Assembly: GCA_048885535.1 (NCBI GenBank)
Contig: JBHLLO010000006.1
Span: 15,915-79,914, forward strand
DNA length: 64,000 nt
Reading direction: 5' to 3'
Origin: Candidatus Hermodarchaeota archaeon
Lineage (GTDB): Archaea; Asgardarchaeota; Lokiarchaeia; Sigyniarchaeales; SOKP01
Shown: positions 46,629 to 55,580 of the stretch, one piece after another
How positions within the stretch are numbered: position 1 is the stretch's first letter
How the letters are laid out: every line of letters begins with the position of its first letter
The notes under the pieces: model-generated
The model's database searches: none
Told to the model about the DNA's origin: nothing
The model's input: only the letters and a program-made list of their open reading frames with translations
Position numbers and translations under genes: made by a program

Positions 46629-48365
46629 CTAATATTTATCTATAATTTCTTTTAAACCCAAAATTGGCACAATTGTTTTATTTGGTCTAAAGAGTAATTC
46701 ATAATCTAATTCATGTAGAGCTCTCTCTATCGTAAAATAATTGATTAATGTAAAATGTAGTTTTTGTCCTTCTTCAAAAAGTTTTCCCATTAATTTATTT
46801 TCCCAACTATTAAGTAATTTTAAAAGGATTTCGAGAATTTTATGTTTTTGTGTAATTTTTGAGGCTTTTCTAAAATATGTGCTAAACAGAAATTCTTCAG
46901 CTACTTCAAATTTATTGGGATCAATTATCTTGTCTTCAATGAAATTAAGCAATGAATTAAATTTGATATAACTTAAAGATCTTAAAAATGAACCCAAATC
47001 TTTCTCGATAGGAAATTTACCCTTTTTTTCCTTAGGAGTCAATTGAGGATCACCCTCAAAATCAATAAAGAAAAATTGGTATACTCCATTTATCTTATTA
47101 TAGAGAATTTGTTGCATATGCAAATCTTGGTGCACAGGTTGAATTTCTATCTGAGGAATTTTAAATTCTGATCTAAATTTCTCGATGATATCTTTAATAT
47201 CTATTAATATTGAACTTACTTTAGGGGATTTAAAGAATGAATCTTCTGATTTTTCCTTCATTTTGGACTGAATTGCTATGATCATAGAATTTAATTTATT
47301 TGTGTACTGTTCAAGAAAAGTCTCACTATCAACTATTTCTTTATCAAATTCTTTTTGATCAGGTAGGATAAGAGATTGATGCATTTCTTTTATATGAATC
47401 CCAATTTTTTCTGAAACTTTTAGAGATTCAATACAATTTTGATTTATTATATTTGCTATAGTTTCTTTCTTTTCAAGATAATTATAATCCGCATTAAGAT
47501 CCTTGAAAACTTTATAAATCATATTATTAAGCTCGTTCCAATAAATATCTCCCACATTGCCTATATTAGGTACATTTTGGAGGATTCCTATTGTATCTTT
47601 TTCATGGAATTTCAAAGTTCCATATATTTTTGGAGCATTAGGGAATTGATTCTTGACTAAAACAAATAAAAGTTTTGGCTCAAAACTCACGAGGAATTCC
47701 TTATAGGATTTCACTACATATGAGGTTGGATCAGAATTTGGGATATTGAGATTTTTAATGCTCAATAGAAATAATAGATTAGTTGTATTACCTCCTCCCA
47801 ATTGCTCCAGTGAAAGTTGATATCTATCTCGATATAAACTAGCTTCTATAAGATTCTGAACTTGTCTCATATTAACCTCATCTTGGAATTGTTCTATATA
47901 TAAAGTTAAATCTAAAGACATGGAGGGAAAAAGTTCAGAAATCTGTTTATCAAAGAGAATTTTTTTCCAAAAAAATAGACAGTATTCAGCTTCAATTAAA
48001 TTAACCGGAAAGACATTACTCTTACCCTCTTCAGGAATACTTCTAACTAACATCTTACTAAATGTCTTTTCTGTTAATCTAACTATATTTTCTCTAACAT
48101 TTTCGACAGGGTCGAGAATATCAGTTATTTTATGGTAATATATCAATGGTAAAAAATAGGATTTAGAATAATTATCCTTCACAATAGTTATTACAGTAAT
48201 GAAGATTCTTCCCAATATAAATTCAAAATGTTTTAATACAATTTTAAACTCCAAATTTGATAATAATAATTTATCTCCGAACCATCTTTTAGAAATTAGC
48301 CACGCTTTAAATTCATTAGAATCTATAACTTGCTGGATTAAATTTTTATCAAAATCCGATGACAT
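46629..48365 (-). CDS. Maltokinase (Mak/Pep2-like, APH kinase fold)
   Basis: WLISKRWFGDK (Mak N-cap), HQDLHMQQIL, IDFEGDP, KDLGSFLRSLSY, ERALHELDYELLFRP; ATG at 48365 preferred over TTG at 48374. Confidence 0.85.
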   Translation of the reverse strand: MSSDFDKNLIQQVIDSNEFKAWLISKRWFGDKLLLSNLEFKIVLKHFEFILGRIFITVITIVKDNYSKSYFLPLIYYHKITDILDPVENVRENIVRLTEKTFSKMLVRSIPEEGKSNVFPVNLIEAEYCLFFWKKILFDKQISELFPSMSLDLTLYIEQFQDEVNMRQVQNLIEASLYRDRYQLSLEQLGGGNTTNLLFLLSIKNLNIPNSDPTSYVVKSYKEFLVSFEPKLLFVLVKNQFPNAPKIYGTLKFHEKDTIGILQNVPNIGNVGDIYWNELNNMIYKVFKDLNADYNYLEKKETIANIINQNCIESLKVSEKIGIHIKEMHQSLILPDQKEFDKEIVDSETFLEQYTNKLNSMIIAIQSKMKEKSEDSFFKSPKVSSILIDIKDIIEKFRSEFKIPQIEIQPVHQDLHMQQILYNKINGVYQFFFIDFEGDPQLTPKEKKGKFPIEKDLGSFLRSLSYIKFNSLLNFIEDKIIDPNKFEVAEEFLFSTYFRKASKITQKHKILEILLKLLNSWENKLMGKLFEEGQKLHFTLINYFTIERALHELDYELLFRPNKTIVPILGLKEIIDKY

Positions 48366-48543
48366 AAGGATCAACTATTATGATATATATTCAAAATTAC
48401 ATATTAAAATTATATTTAATTAATTTATTCTTCTAATCCTAAATTATTTAGAAATTTTATAAGCGACTTTGACTTAGAAAAATCATAAGTTTTCATTTAT
48501 AGAAAAAAAGAGAAAATAAAGATAATAAGAGTAGGATTAAAAT

Positions 48544-49092
48544 ATGTCATCTCGAAAGATAAAAAAACAAAAATATGGGAAAGAACGTATACTTTATGAA
48601 ATTAAAGAGAGCTTAGAACATAAAATCGTTTTAAGGCTTGAAGCCCCACTTCTTGGTTTAATCGCATTTAGTGTTGCGTTATGGGGCTCAAAAATTTTCA
48701 CAGCACTCTCACCAGGAACAAGTCTAATTTTTCAAATAGGGGGTTATAATATTCATTTCCACCACTTTCATTATGGCATCATTGCATTAGCAATTGGATT
48801 GGTACTTACTTTTTTTGAAGGACGTTGGTTTGTAAGAATTGAACATCTTCTATTTGGTGCGGGTTTAGGTTTCATTGTCGATGAATATTGGTTACTTTTA
48901 ATATTCGATGATTATGCAGCAACGTATTTCGGTCCAGAATCACAATTCATTTCTGCAATGATTGGGCTAGTAATTACTATCATTTATATCGTAATAATAA
49001 TAGGAGTATATTTCGCAACAAAAGAAGAAAGAAAAATTTGGCGAGAATTATATGATGCCGTTAAGTCAGATAAAGTCAAGCTAGATTTATAA
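48544..49092 (+). CDS. Membrane protein with HFHHFHYG motif
   Basis: Four TM segments; HFHHFHYG and FGAGLGFIVDE motifs. Confidence 0.7.
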   Translation: MSSRKIKKQKYGKERILYEIKESLEHKIVLRLEAPLLGLIAFSVALWGSKIFTALSPGTSLIFQIGGYNIHFHHFHYGIIALAIGLVLTFFEGRWFVRIEHLLFGAGLGFIVDEYWLLLIFDDYAATYFGPESQFISAMIGLVITIIYIVIIIGVYFATKEERKIWRELYDAVKSDKVKLDL

Positions 49093-49349
49093 AATACTCC
49101 CTCTAAAAAATTTTTTTTAATATCTTTTCTTTTACCTTTAATTACCATCTTTAAGAATGGTTATCATTTTTGATTAAAATTTTTCTTTTAAAAAATATAT
49201 TTTAAAAGAAGAATAATGTTCGGGTACTCCTTAAAGATCGATTTGATTTTTTTTAAGAAACAAATATTTTAAATAATTTCATTATTTATTTTTAATTCTT
49301 ATTGTTATTCAAGTAATCATTTTACACAATAAAAGAGGATTAAGTAGAT

Positions 49350-51527
49350 TTGCCAAGAGAAAAAATAATATACCTCCCAATTGTCTTTCATTTTCATCAG
49401 CCTATCAATAATTTTGAATTTGTAATTGAAGACGCATACCAAAAATCATATAAACCGTTATTGGAGAGTCTTTATGAATACCCTCAAGTAGAGGTAGCTT
49501 TACATTTCTCTGGGAATTTATTGGAATGGCTTATCATCAATAAGCCCGATTTTATTAAGATGCTAAAACAAATGGCTAAGCGGGGTCAAATAGAGATAAT
49601 TGGAGGTGGATATTACGAGCCAATTTTTTCTATTATCCCATATAGGGATAAAATTGCTCAAATTAATAAATTATCTGCCTTGATTAAAAAGGAGTTCAAT
49701 TTAGAAGTAAAAGGAGCTTGGTTATCGGAAAGAGTATGGGAGCCAAACTACCCCTCATTTTTGAGTGATGTTGGCTTAAAATATGTTATTGTAGATGATA
49801 ATCATTTTCGATCAACTGGTATAACTAAAATTGACACATTTTATTCTTACAATACTGAAGATGAAGGAAAGACATTAAGAGTTTTCCCTATTAATGAGGA
49901 GTTAAGATATCTAACTCCTTGGAAACCTACTTATCTATCAATTGACTATCTAAAGAAACAGGCTGATGAAAAAGGAGACAGAATGGCATTATTAATATCT
50001 GATGCCGAGAAAATGGGTGTATGGGGTACAACTCATGAAATATGCTATGTGGATGGAAAAGGGCATCAAGACGGAGATAATGGCAAACCGTTCATACCGG
50101 CTTTTTTAGAACAAATTATTAATAACCATTGGATAAAGTCAATCACGCCTTCAGAATATATGGAGAAGATTCCTGCGCGAAGTTTAGTATATCTTCCAAC
50201 CGCAAGCTACGATAAAATGGAAGAATGGGTGTTATTAACACCTATTAGAAAAAAGTTTGAAATTCTTAGAGAGACTATTAGGAAAGACCCTCAAAGGGAA
50301 GATGAATATCTATTCTTGAAAGGGGGTTTCTGGCGTTATTTCTTAGTAAAGTATCCCGAATCAAACAATATGCATAAGAAAATGCTCTACGTTCGAAAGA
50401 AACTTATTGAACTAGAAGAGAAATTAAGTAAAAATGAATTGGAGCAATATCAATCTAGAATTGATGAAGCTTGGGAAGAGATCTATAAAGCTCAGTGTAA
50501 TGATAGCTATTGGCATGGGTTATTTGGGGGCGTATATTTGCAATTTTTACGATTTTCAGTTTACACACATTTAATTACTGCTGAAAAAATTATTGATGAA
50601 TTAAATGCAGAAATAGATAAGATACCCAATAAATACATATCTATCCTTCCCTTTGATTTTAATAAGGATAGCAAAATGGATATTCTTATTGAATCAGATC
50701 TTATAAATTTGTATGTTAACACTTCTGATGGAGGAACTATTTTTGAATTAGACTTTAAACCTAAATCATATAATTTATTAAATACATTAACTCGATGGCC
50801 TGAAGCTTATCATGATAGTGAAAAAGTAAATAAAGAAGAGGTCATGGTTGATAGGTTTAAAAGGAATATGCTAAGAATAAGAATTCTCCATAAAGATGTC
50901 ACTCTAAAACAGATTGAACAAGATACTTATTCTGAGCTTGGGACTTTTATTGATAGTGACTTTAAAGTTATTCGAAATGAGAAAGATGGGAAATCAGCAA
51001 TTTTGGAATTGGAAAGCATGGGTTCAATTAAAGACCCTAATTCAAATGAGCAATATCCTTGTTCAATAATAAAGAAAATTATAGTTGTAGACAATAAAAT
51101 AAATATAATTCTGAAGGGTAACTTTAAAAAGGAACCCAGAAAGGAAGATTTAATTGGAATAATCTTAGATAAACTAGAGCTAGGAATAGATATACCATTT
51201 TTCTTTAATGGAGATCCTAATAAGTTCTCTTGGGAAAGCAATCAGGTATTATTTGCAAATGCTAAGAAGAATGAACTTATTAAGTCGTTCGAATATGAGG
51301 GTTATCACTTCAAAGCATTTGATGAAACTTATGACTTAATATTTGAATTTGAAATCTCTAGCTCCTCAAAACTAGATTTAGAAAACGTAAAAATAAGTAA
51401 ATTCCCAATTATTGCATATACGTATACAGATGAAGGATACAAAAAAATATTTCAAGGAATTAATGTACTACCTCGATTCAAACTGTCAAAAAACTTTGAA
51501 TATAATATTGAAATGAAGGTATATTAA
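49350..51527 (+). CDS. GH57 alpha-amylase / 4-alpha-glucanotransferase
   Basis: HFHQP, GGGYYEPI, WLSERVWEP (nucleophile), SDAEKMGVW (acid/base), YPESNNMHKKM, AQCNDSYWHGLFGGVY. Confidence 0.93.
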   Translation: MPREKIIYLPIVFHFHQPINNFEFVIEDAYQKSYKPLLESLYEYPQVEVALHFSGNLLEWLIINKPDFIKMLKQMAKRGQIEIIGGGYYEPIFSIIPYRDKIAQINKLSALIKKEFNLEVKGAWLSERVWEPNYPSFLSDVGLKYVIVDDNHFRSTGITKIDTFYSYNTEDEGKTLRVFPINEELRYLTPWKPTYLSIDYLKKQADEKGDRMALLISDAEKMGVWGTTHEICYVDGKGHQDGDNGKPFIPAFLEQIINNHWIKSITPSEYMEKIPARSLVYLPTASYDKMEEWVLLTPIRKKFEILRETIRKDPQREDEYLFLKGGFWRYFLVKYPESNNMHKKMLYVRKKLIELEEKLSKNELEQYQSRIDEAWEEIYKAQCNDSYWHGLFGGVYLQFLRFSVYTHLITAEKIIDELNAEIDKIPNKYISILPFDFNKDSKMDILIESDLINLYVNTSDGGTIFELDFKPKSYNLLNTLTRWPEAYHDSEKVNKEEVMVDRFKRNMLRIRILHKDVTLKQIEQDTYSELGTFIDSDFKVIRNEKDGKSAILELESMGSIKDPNSNEQYPCSIIKKIIVVDNKINIILKGNFKKEPRKEDLIGIILDKLELGIDIPFFFNGDPNKFSWESNQVLFANAKKNELIKSFEYEGYHFKAFDETYDLIFEFEISSSSKLDLENVKISKFPIIAYTYTDEGYKKIFQGINVLPRFKLSKNFEYNIEMKVY

Positions 51528-51646
51528 AATTTTTTCATTTAAAATATTTTTGCTTTTATGTGAATAGATTTAGTCGGTTTTATGAAGCTTTAAATATAAT
51601 TTGCTCATATTATCAACTAATAAATATTTTTTTGTATGGTTTTTGT

Positions 51647-51790
51647 ATGGATTTTTACAAAAATGGCAAACGTAATGGCTTTAATTATGCTAAAAATTCA
51701 GCCAAACAAAACATTGAGAATAATGAATTCATAAAAAAAATCCGTAAAAAGCTAATGGAAGAAAAAATGAAAAAGAAAACCCAGAATTAG
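51647..51790 (+). CDS. Small basic hypothetical protein (start uncertain)
   Basis: MDFYKNGKRNGFNYAKNSAKQ...KKIRKKLMEEKMKKK; purine-rich, coding-like composition only from ATG 51647. Confidence 0.35.
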   Translation: MDFYKNGKRNGFNYAKNSAKQNIENNEFIKKIRKKLMEEKMKKKTQN

Positions 51791-51812
51791 ATTTCTTCTT
51801 TTTTTTAAAAGG

Positions 51813-52487
51813 TTATTCTGACCAACCATATTTTCCAATAAGGCTTACAAACCTGACTCCAGTAATGTTCTCAGACTTGAAATTATCTCCTTTTCGGCGA
51901 ATGATATAAAGAGTCTGACCCCATTCCCGAGATCCGGCAGGAATGCAGAGAATCCCTCCATCCTTTAATTGTTCTTTATAAGGAGGAGGTATTTTTTTAG
52001 GTGAAGCTGCAGTTACTAAAATTTTATCATATGGTGCGTTTTCAGGATATCCTAATGTACCATCACCACATATAACTGTCACTCTATCTCCATAACCAGT
52101 ATTATTAAGAGCCTCCCGTGCATTATCTGCCAACTCTTTATGCCTTTCTATGGTATAAACATGACCTGGATTTTCAGAGTTATCTGGTGCTACTATTTCG
52201 GCACATAAAGCAGCGTGATAACCGGAACCTGTTCCGATTTCTAATACATTATCTCCCTCTTTAAGTTCTAAATATTCACACATCATGGCATTCATATGAG
52301 GAGCGCTTATTGTTTGCCCCAAACCAATGGATAGTGGTGAATCTATATAAGCAGAGGATATTGCCCCCTTTGGCAGAAATTTATGTCTTGGAACTTTCAT
52401 CATTGCACGAATAACAATTGGATCCTTCAATATTTTGCGACTTTTTAAATTTTCAACCAAATTTTTTCTCTTTTCCTCAAATTCCAT
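51813..52487 (-). CDS. pcm: Protein-L-isoaspartate O-methyltransferase
   Basis: VPRHKF, GQTISAPHM, VLEIGTGSGY, GDGTLG, APYDKILVTA, VRFVSL. Confidence 0.95.
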   Translation of the reverse strand: MEFEEKRKNLVENLKSRKILKDPIVIRAMMKVPRHKFLPKGAISSAYIDSPLSIGLGQTISAPHMNAMMCEYLELKEGDNVLEIGTGSGYHAALCAEIVAPDNSENPGHVYTIERHKELADNAREALNNTGYGDRVTVICGDGTLGYPENAPYDKILVTAASPKKIPPPYKEQLKDGGILCIPAGSREWGQTLYIIRRKGDNFKSENITGVRFVSLIGKYGWSE

Positions 52488-52569
52488 GAAACTTTTTCAG
52501 TCTCTTAAACTTATGATTTAGTATAATAACGAAAATCAATAGATTTATGTTCAATAGATGATATAAATT

Positions 52570-53808
52570 TTACTTTAAATCATTTTTTATAAGAATATAG
52601 ATCTTATCGTTTTCTTTGCAATTATCAACTCTTAGATTTATTTTAACTGGATCACTATATCGTTTTCTCGCGATAGTTTTAATTTTTTCGCCTTTATAGA
52701 CCATGTTTCTTATCTTTTCAATTTGATAAGTATTTTCACCTGTAATAATGATTTCATCTCCAACTCGTAATGGAATTTCGAGACTCTCTAATAGAACATT
52801 TGCAGTTTTAGAGGTTTTATCAAAAGATAGGATTTTTCCTATATAGTGTTTCTTATATGGAGACACATTACCTCTTTTTTCCAATTCAACATCTTCTATG
52901 GTAGGTCGATGAAAATAGAAGCCGGTGTGAAATCCACGGTTATAAACCTTGGATAACTTATTTAGCCAATTATCTATTTTTTGTTTTGTGAAAGTATTAT
53001 CAAAGAAACTATCGATTGCCTCTCTATAGCATTCAGAAACAGTTTTTATATAAAGAGGATTTTTCATTCTTCCTTCAATCTTGAACGCATCAATCTTTGC
53101 TTGAATAAGCTGGGGGATATATTCAATCATGCACAAATCTTTTGCATTTAGAAACATTTGTCCATCATATATAAATTCATTATTTTCATCATCTATGACT
53201 CTCCATTCTCGTCTACAAGGTTGAACACAATTACCACGATTAGCCGAATATTCCTCTGAGTCACAAACTGTTGCTGAAAGATAACAGCGACCAGAAATAG
53301 AAGTACACATTGAACCATGAATAAAACACTCAATTTTGGTTTTATTAAGGTGATGCTTTATGAGTTTGATTTGTTCTAGCGAAAGTTCTCTAGCTAGAAT
53401 TAATCGTTCAGCACCTAAATCTTCAAAAAATTTTGCGGATTCTGTGTTAGAAATATTGGCTTGGGTTGAAATATGAAAAGGTAGATTATATTTTTTAGCA
53501 AACCTTATAGCTGCTAAGTCATGAACAATGACCCCATCCAAATGGGATGCTTGTGCTCGTTCAAATAGGGTCTCTAAATCTTGCAATTCTGAATCATAAA
53601 TCAAGATATTCGTAGTTAAATATGCTTTAATAAGAGGTTCTCTTGTATGACAGTAATCTATAATGTCTTTAATATCTTCAGATAAAAAATTTTCAGCTTT
53701 TTGACGCATATTGTAAGATTTTACTCCAAAATAAATAGCATCAGCGATTCCTATAACAACTTTCAACGAATTCCAATTTTGAACTGGAACAACTAATTCT
53801 GGTCTCAT
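52570..53808 (-). CDS. Peptidase U32 family protein (TrhP/RlhA-like Fe-S RNA hydroxylation family)
   Basis: HISTQAN, LARELSL, FIHGSMCTSISGRCYLS, NRGNCVQPCR, KIEGRMK. Confidence 0.9.
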   Translation of the reverse strand: MRPELVVPVQNWNSLKVVIGIADAIYFGVKSYNMRQKAENFLSEDIKDIIDYCHTREPLIKAYLTTNILIYDSELQDLETLFERAQASHLDGVIVHDLAAIRFAKKYNLPFHISTQANISNTESAKFFEDLGAERLILARELSLEQIKLIKHHLNKTKIECFIHGSMCTSISGRCYLSATVCDSEEYSANRGNCVQPCRREWRVIDDENNEFIYDGQMFLNAKDLCMIEYIPQLIQAKIDAFKIEGRMKNPLYIKTVSECYREAIDSFFDNTFTKQKIDNWLNKLSKVYNRGFHTGFYFHRPTIEDVELEKRGNVSPYKKHYIGKILSFDKTSKTANVLLESLEIPLRVGDEIIITGENTYQIEKIRNMVYKGEKIKTIARKRYSDPVKINLRVDNCKENDKIYILIKNDLK

Positions 53809-53967
53809 TCAATTTTTGCTCTTATCAATTCTATTGAAAACATAGAAATTATAACATAAATTTGTTTTCAATTAAAAATAAATAGAGATTTCAATATTAA
53901 ATTTTTAAAAATCTTTTTTAAATCTGCATAATAAAATCTGGATTTATTGATAAATAAATGATATAAG

Positions 53968-54702
53968 ATGGCTTTAACAACATTACAAATCTTAAATGGA
54001 ATCTTTAGTCTTACGTTTGTATGTATTTCTGTAGCAATTGGGATAATGTTTCTAATTAAATATCAGAAGTATAAGGGTAAATTAATTTTACTGTTCGGTA
54101 TTATATTATTAACACTTATATCTTCTTGGTATGCAAGTTCTAGTTCATTTATCGTTGCAATTTTCAATGATGGTATAGGTTACATGGAGATTCCTCAAAT
54201 TTATTTTATAATTGGGATAGTACCACTTCCAATAGTAACTTATATTTGGACAGTCGCTTTGACAGAATTACTTTATCAAAATAGAAAAAAACTTCTAAGG
54301 ATAGTCTTTTTATCTTTGGGTATCTTGGTTGAGATAATTTTCTTTATATTACTCATTATTGATCCAAAATTAGTTGGACAAGTCAATAATCCGATTGATG
54401 CTGAATATGATCTCTTTATTACAATTTATCAATTCTTTCTCATAACTTATATGTTATTTACGGGAATTCAATTTGGAAGAGAATCGTTAAAAGACGAAAA
54501 TCCTGAAATTAATTTAAAAGGTAAATTACTTATCGCTGCATTTATATCTTTTGTAACAGGTGCAATTTTGGAAATCCTAAGTAGTTTATCGATTATAATC
54601 ATGATAATTGCAAGAATAATTTTAATTTCAAGTTCTATTGAGTTTTATGGAGGGTTTATGCTTCCTGATTGGATGAAGAAACTACTTTTAAGGAATAACT
54701 AA
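53968..54702 (+). CDS. Seven-TM membrane protein of unknown function
   Basis: About 7 hydrophobic helices; C-terminal GFMLPDWMKK. Confidence 0.7.
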   Translation: MALTTLQILNGIFSLTFVCISVAIGIMFLIKYQKYKGKLILLFGIILLTLISSWYASSSSFIVAIFNDGIGYMEIPQIYFIIGIVPLPIVTYIWTVALTELLYQNRKKLLRIVFLSLGILVEIIFFILLIIDPKLVGQVNNPIDAEYDLFITIYQFFLITYMLFTGIQFGRESLKDENPEINLKGKLLIAAFISFVTGAILEILSSLSIIIMIIARIILISSSIEFYGGFMLPDWMKKLLLRNN

Positions 54703-54803
54703 CTTGAAATTTTATTTTATTTATTTTTAACCTAAAGTAATAAAATATTTAGAATTCAAATGATTATTCTTTTAATCATTTATTAAAAAAATAACTGATT
54801 AGT

Positions 54804-55370
54804 ATGAAAGTTGTGCTTTTTAATGGAAGTCCAAGAAAAGAAGGAAATACTTATCATTGTTTAAAAATTGTTATGGAAACTCTTGAAAAAGAAGGAATAG
54901 AATGTGAATATGTCTGGATAGGTATGGAGAAATTACAAGGGTGTACAGCATGTCGACAATACACAGATCATGATGATCAAAAATGTGTTCTACCTGGTGA
55001 TAAAATGAACGACTATATTCAAAAAATGCTTGATGCTGATGGAATAATTATTGGTTCTCCAACATATTTTTCTGATTTAACAACAAGTACAAAAGCACTA
55101 ATAGAACGAGCTGGTTATGCTACAGGTAGAAATCTTAAAAATAAAGTTGGTGCAGCTGTTGTTGCTGTTAGGCGAGCTGGTGCTAATCATGTTTTTTCAA
55201 GTATAAATTTCTTTTTCCTTATTAAAGAAATGATTGTAGTTGGAAGCACCTATTGGAATATGGCCATCGGAAGAGAACCTGGAGAGGTTCTAGGAGATGA
55301 AGAGGGGATCAATACTTTTAAAAATCTAGGTAGAAATATTGCCTATGTAATTAAAAAACTAAAAAATTAG
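54804..55370 (+). CDS. Iron-sulfur flavoprotein (Isf) / NADPH-dependent FMN reductase family
   Basis: NGSPRKEGNT, GCTAC, ADGIIIGSPTYF, KVGAAVVAVRRAG, GSTYWN. Confidence 0.9.
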   Translation: MKVVLFNGSPRKEGNTYHCLKIVMETLEKEGIECEYVWIGMEKLQGCTACRQYTDHDDQKCVLPGDKMNDYIQKMLDADGIIIGSPTYFSDLTTSTKALIERAGYATGRNLKNKVGAAVVAVRRAGANHVFSSINFFFLIKEMIVVGSTYWNMAIGREPGEVLGDEEGINTFKNLGRNIAYVIKKLKN

Positions 55371-55580
55371 CTAACAATTTTTCTTCTTTTAATTTAGATG
55401 GTTGTATGTGTTATTCATGTTCTAGATTGATGATTTCAATCTATTTATATAGAGGTATTTTTATGTTTTTTAATGTAAAGAGCTAATGTAATAATCTAGA
55501 AAAAATTAATAGATTATTGAATCAAAATTTAAATAGCACTTTTATCATATTTATTTAAAAATAGGGTTAATGAAGAAAAG

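Noticed and set aside
51629-51650. TTTTTGTATGG tandem duplication
   Set aside because: Only two copies with no spacers; not a CRISPR array or meaningful repeat
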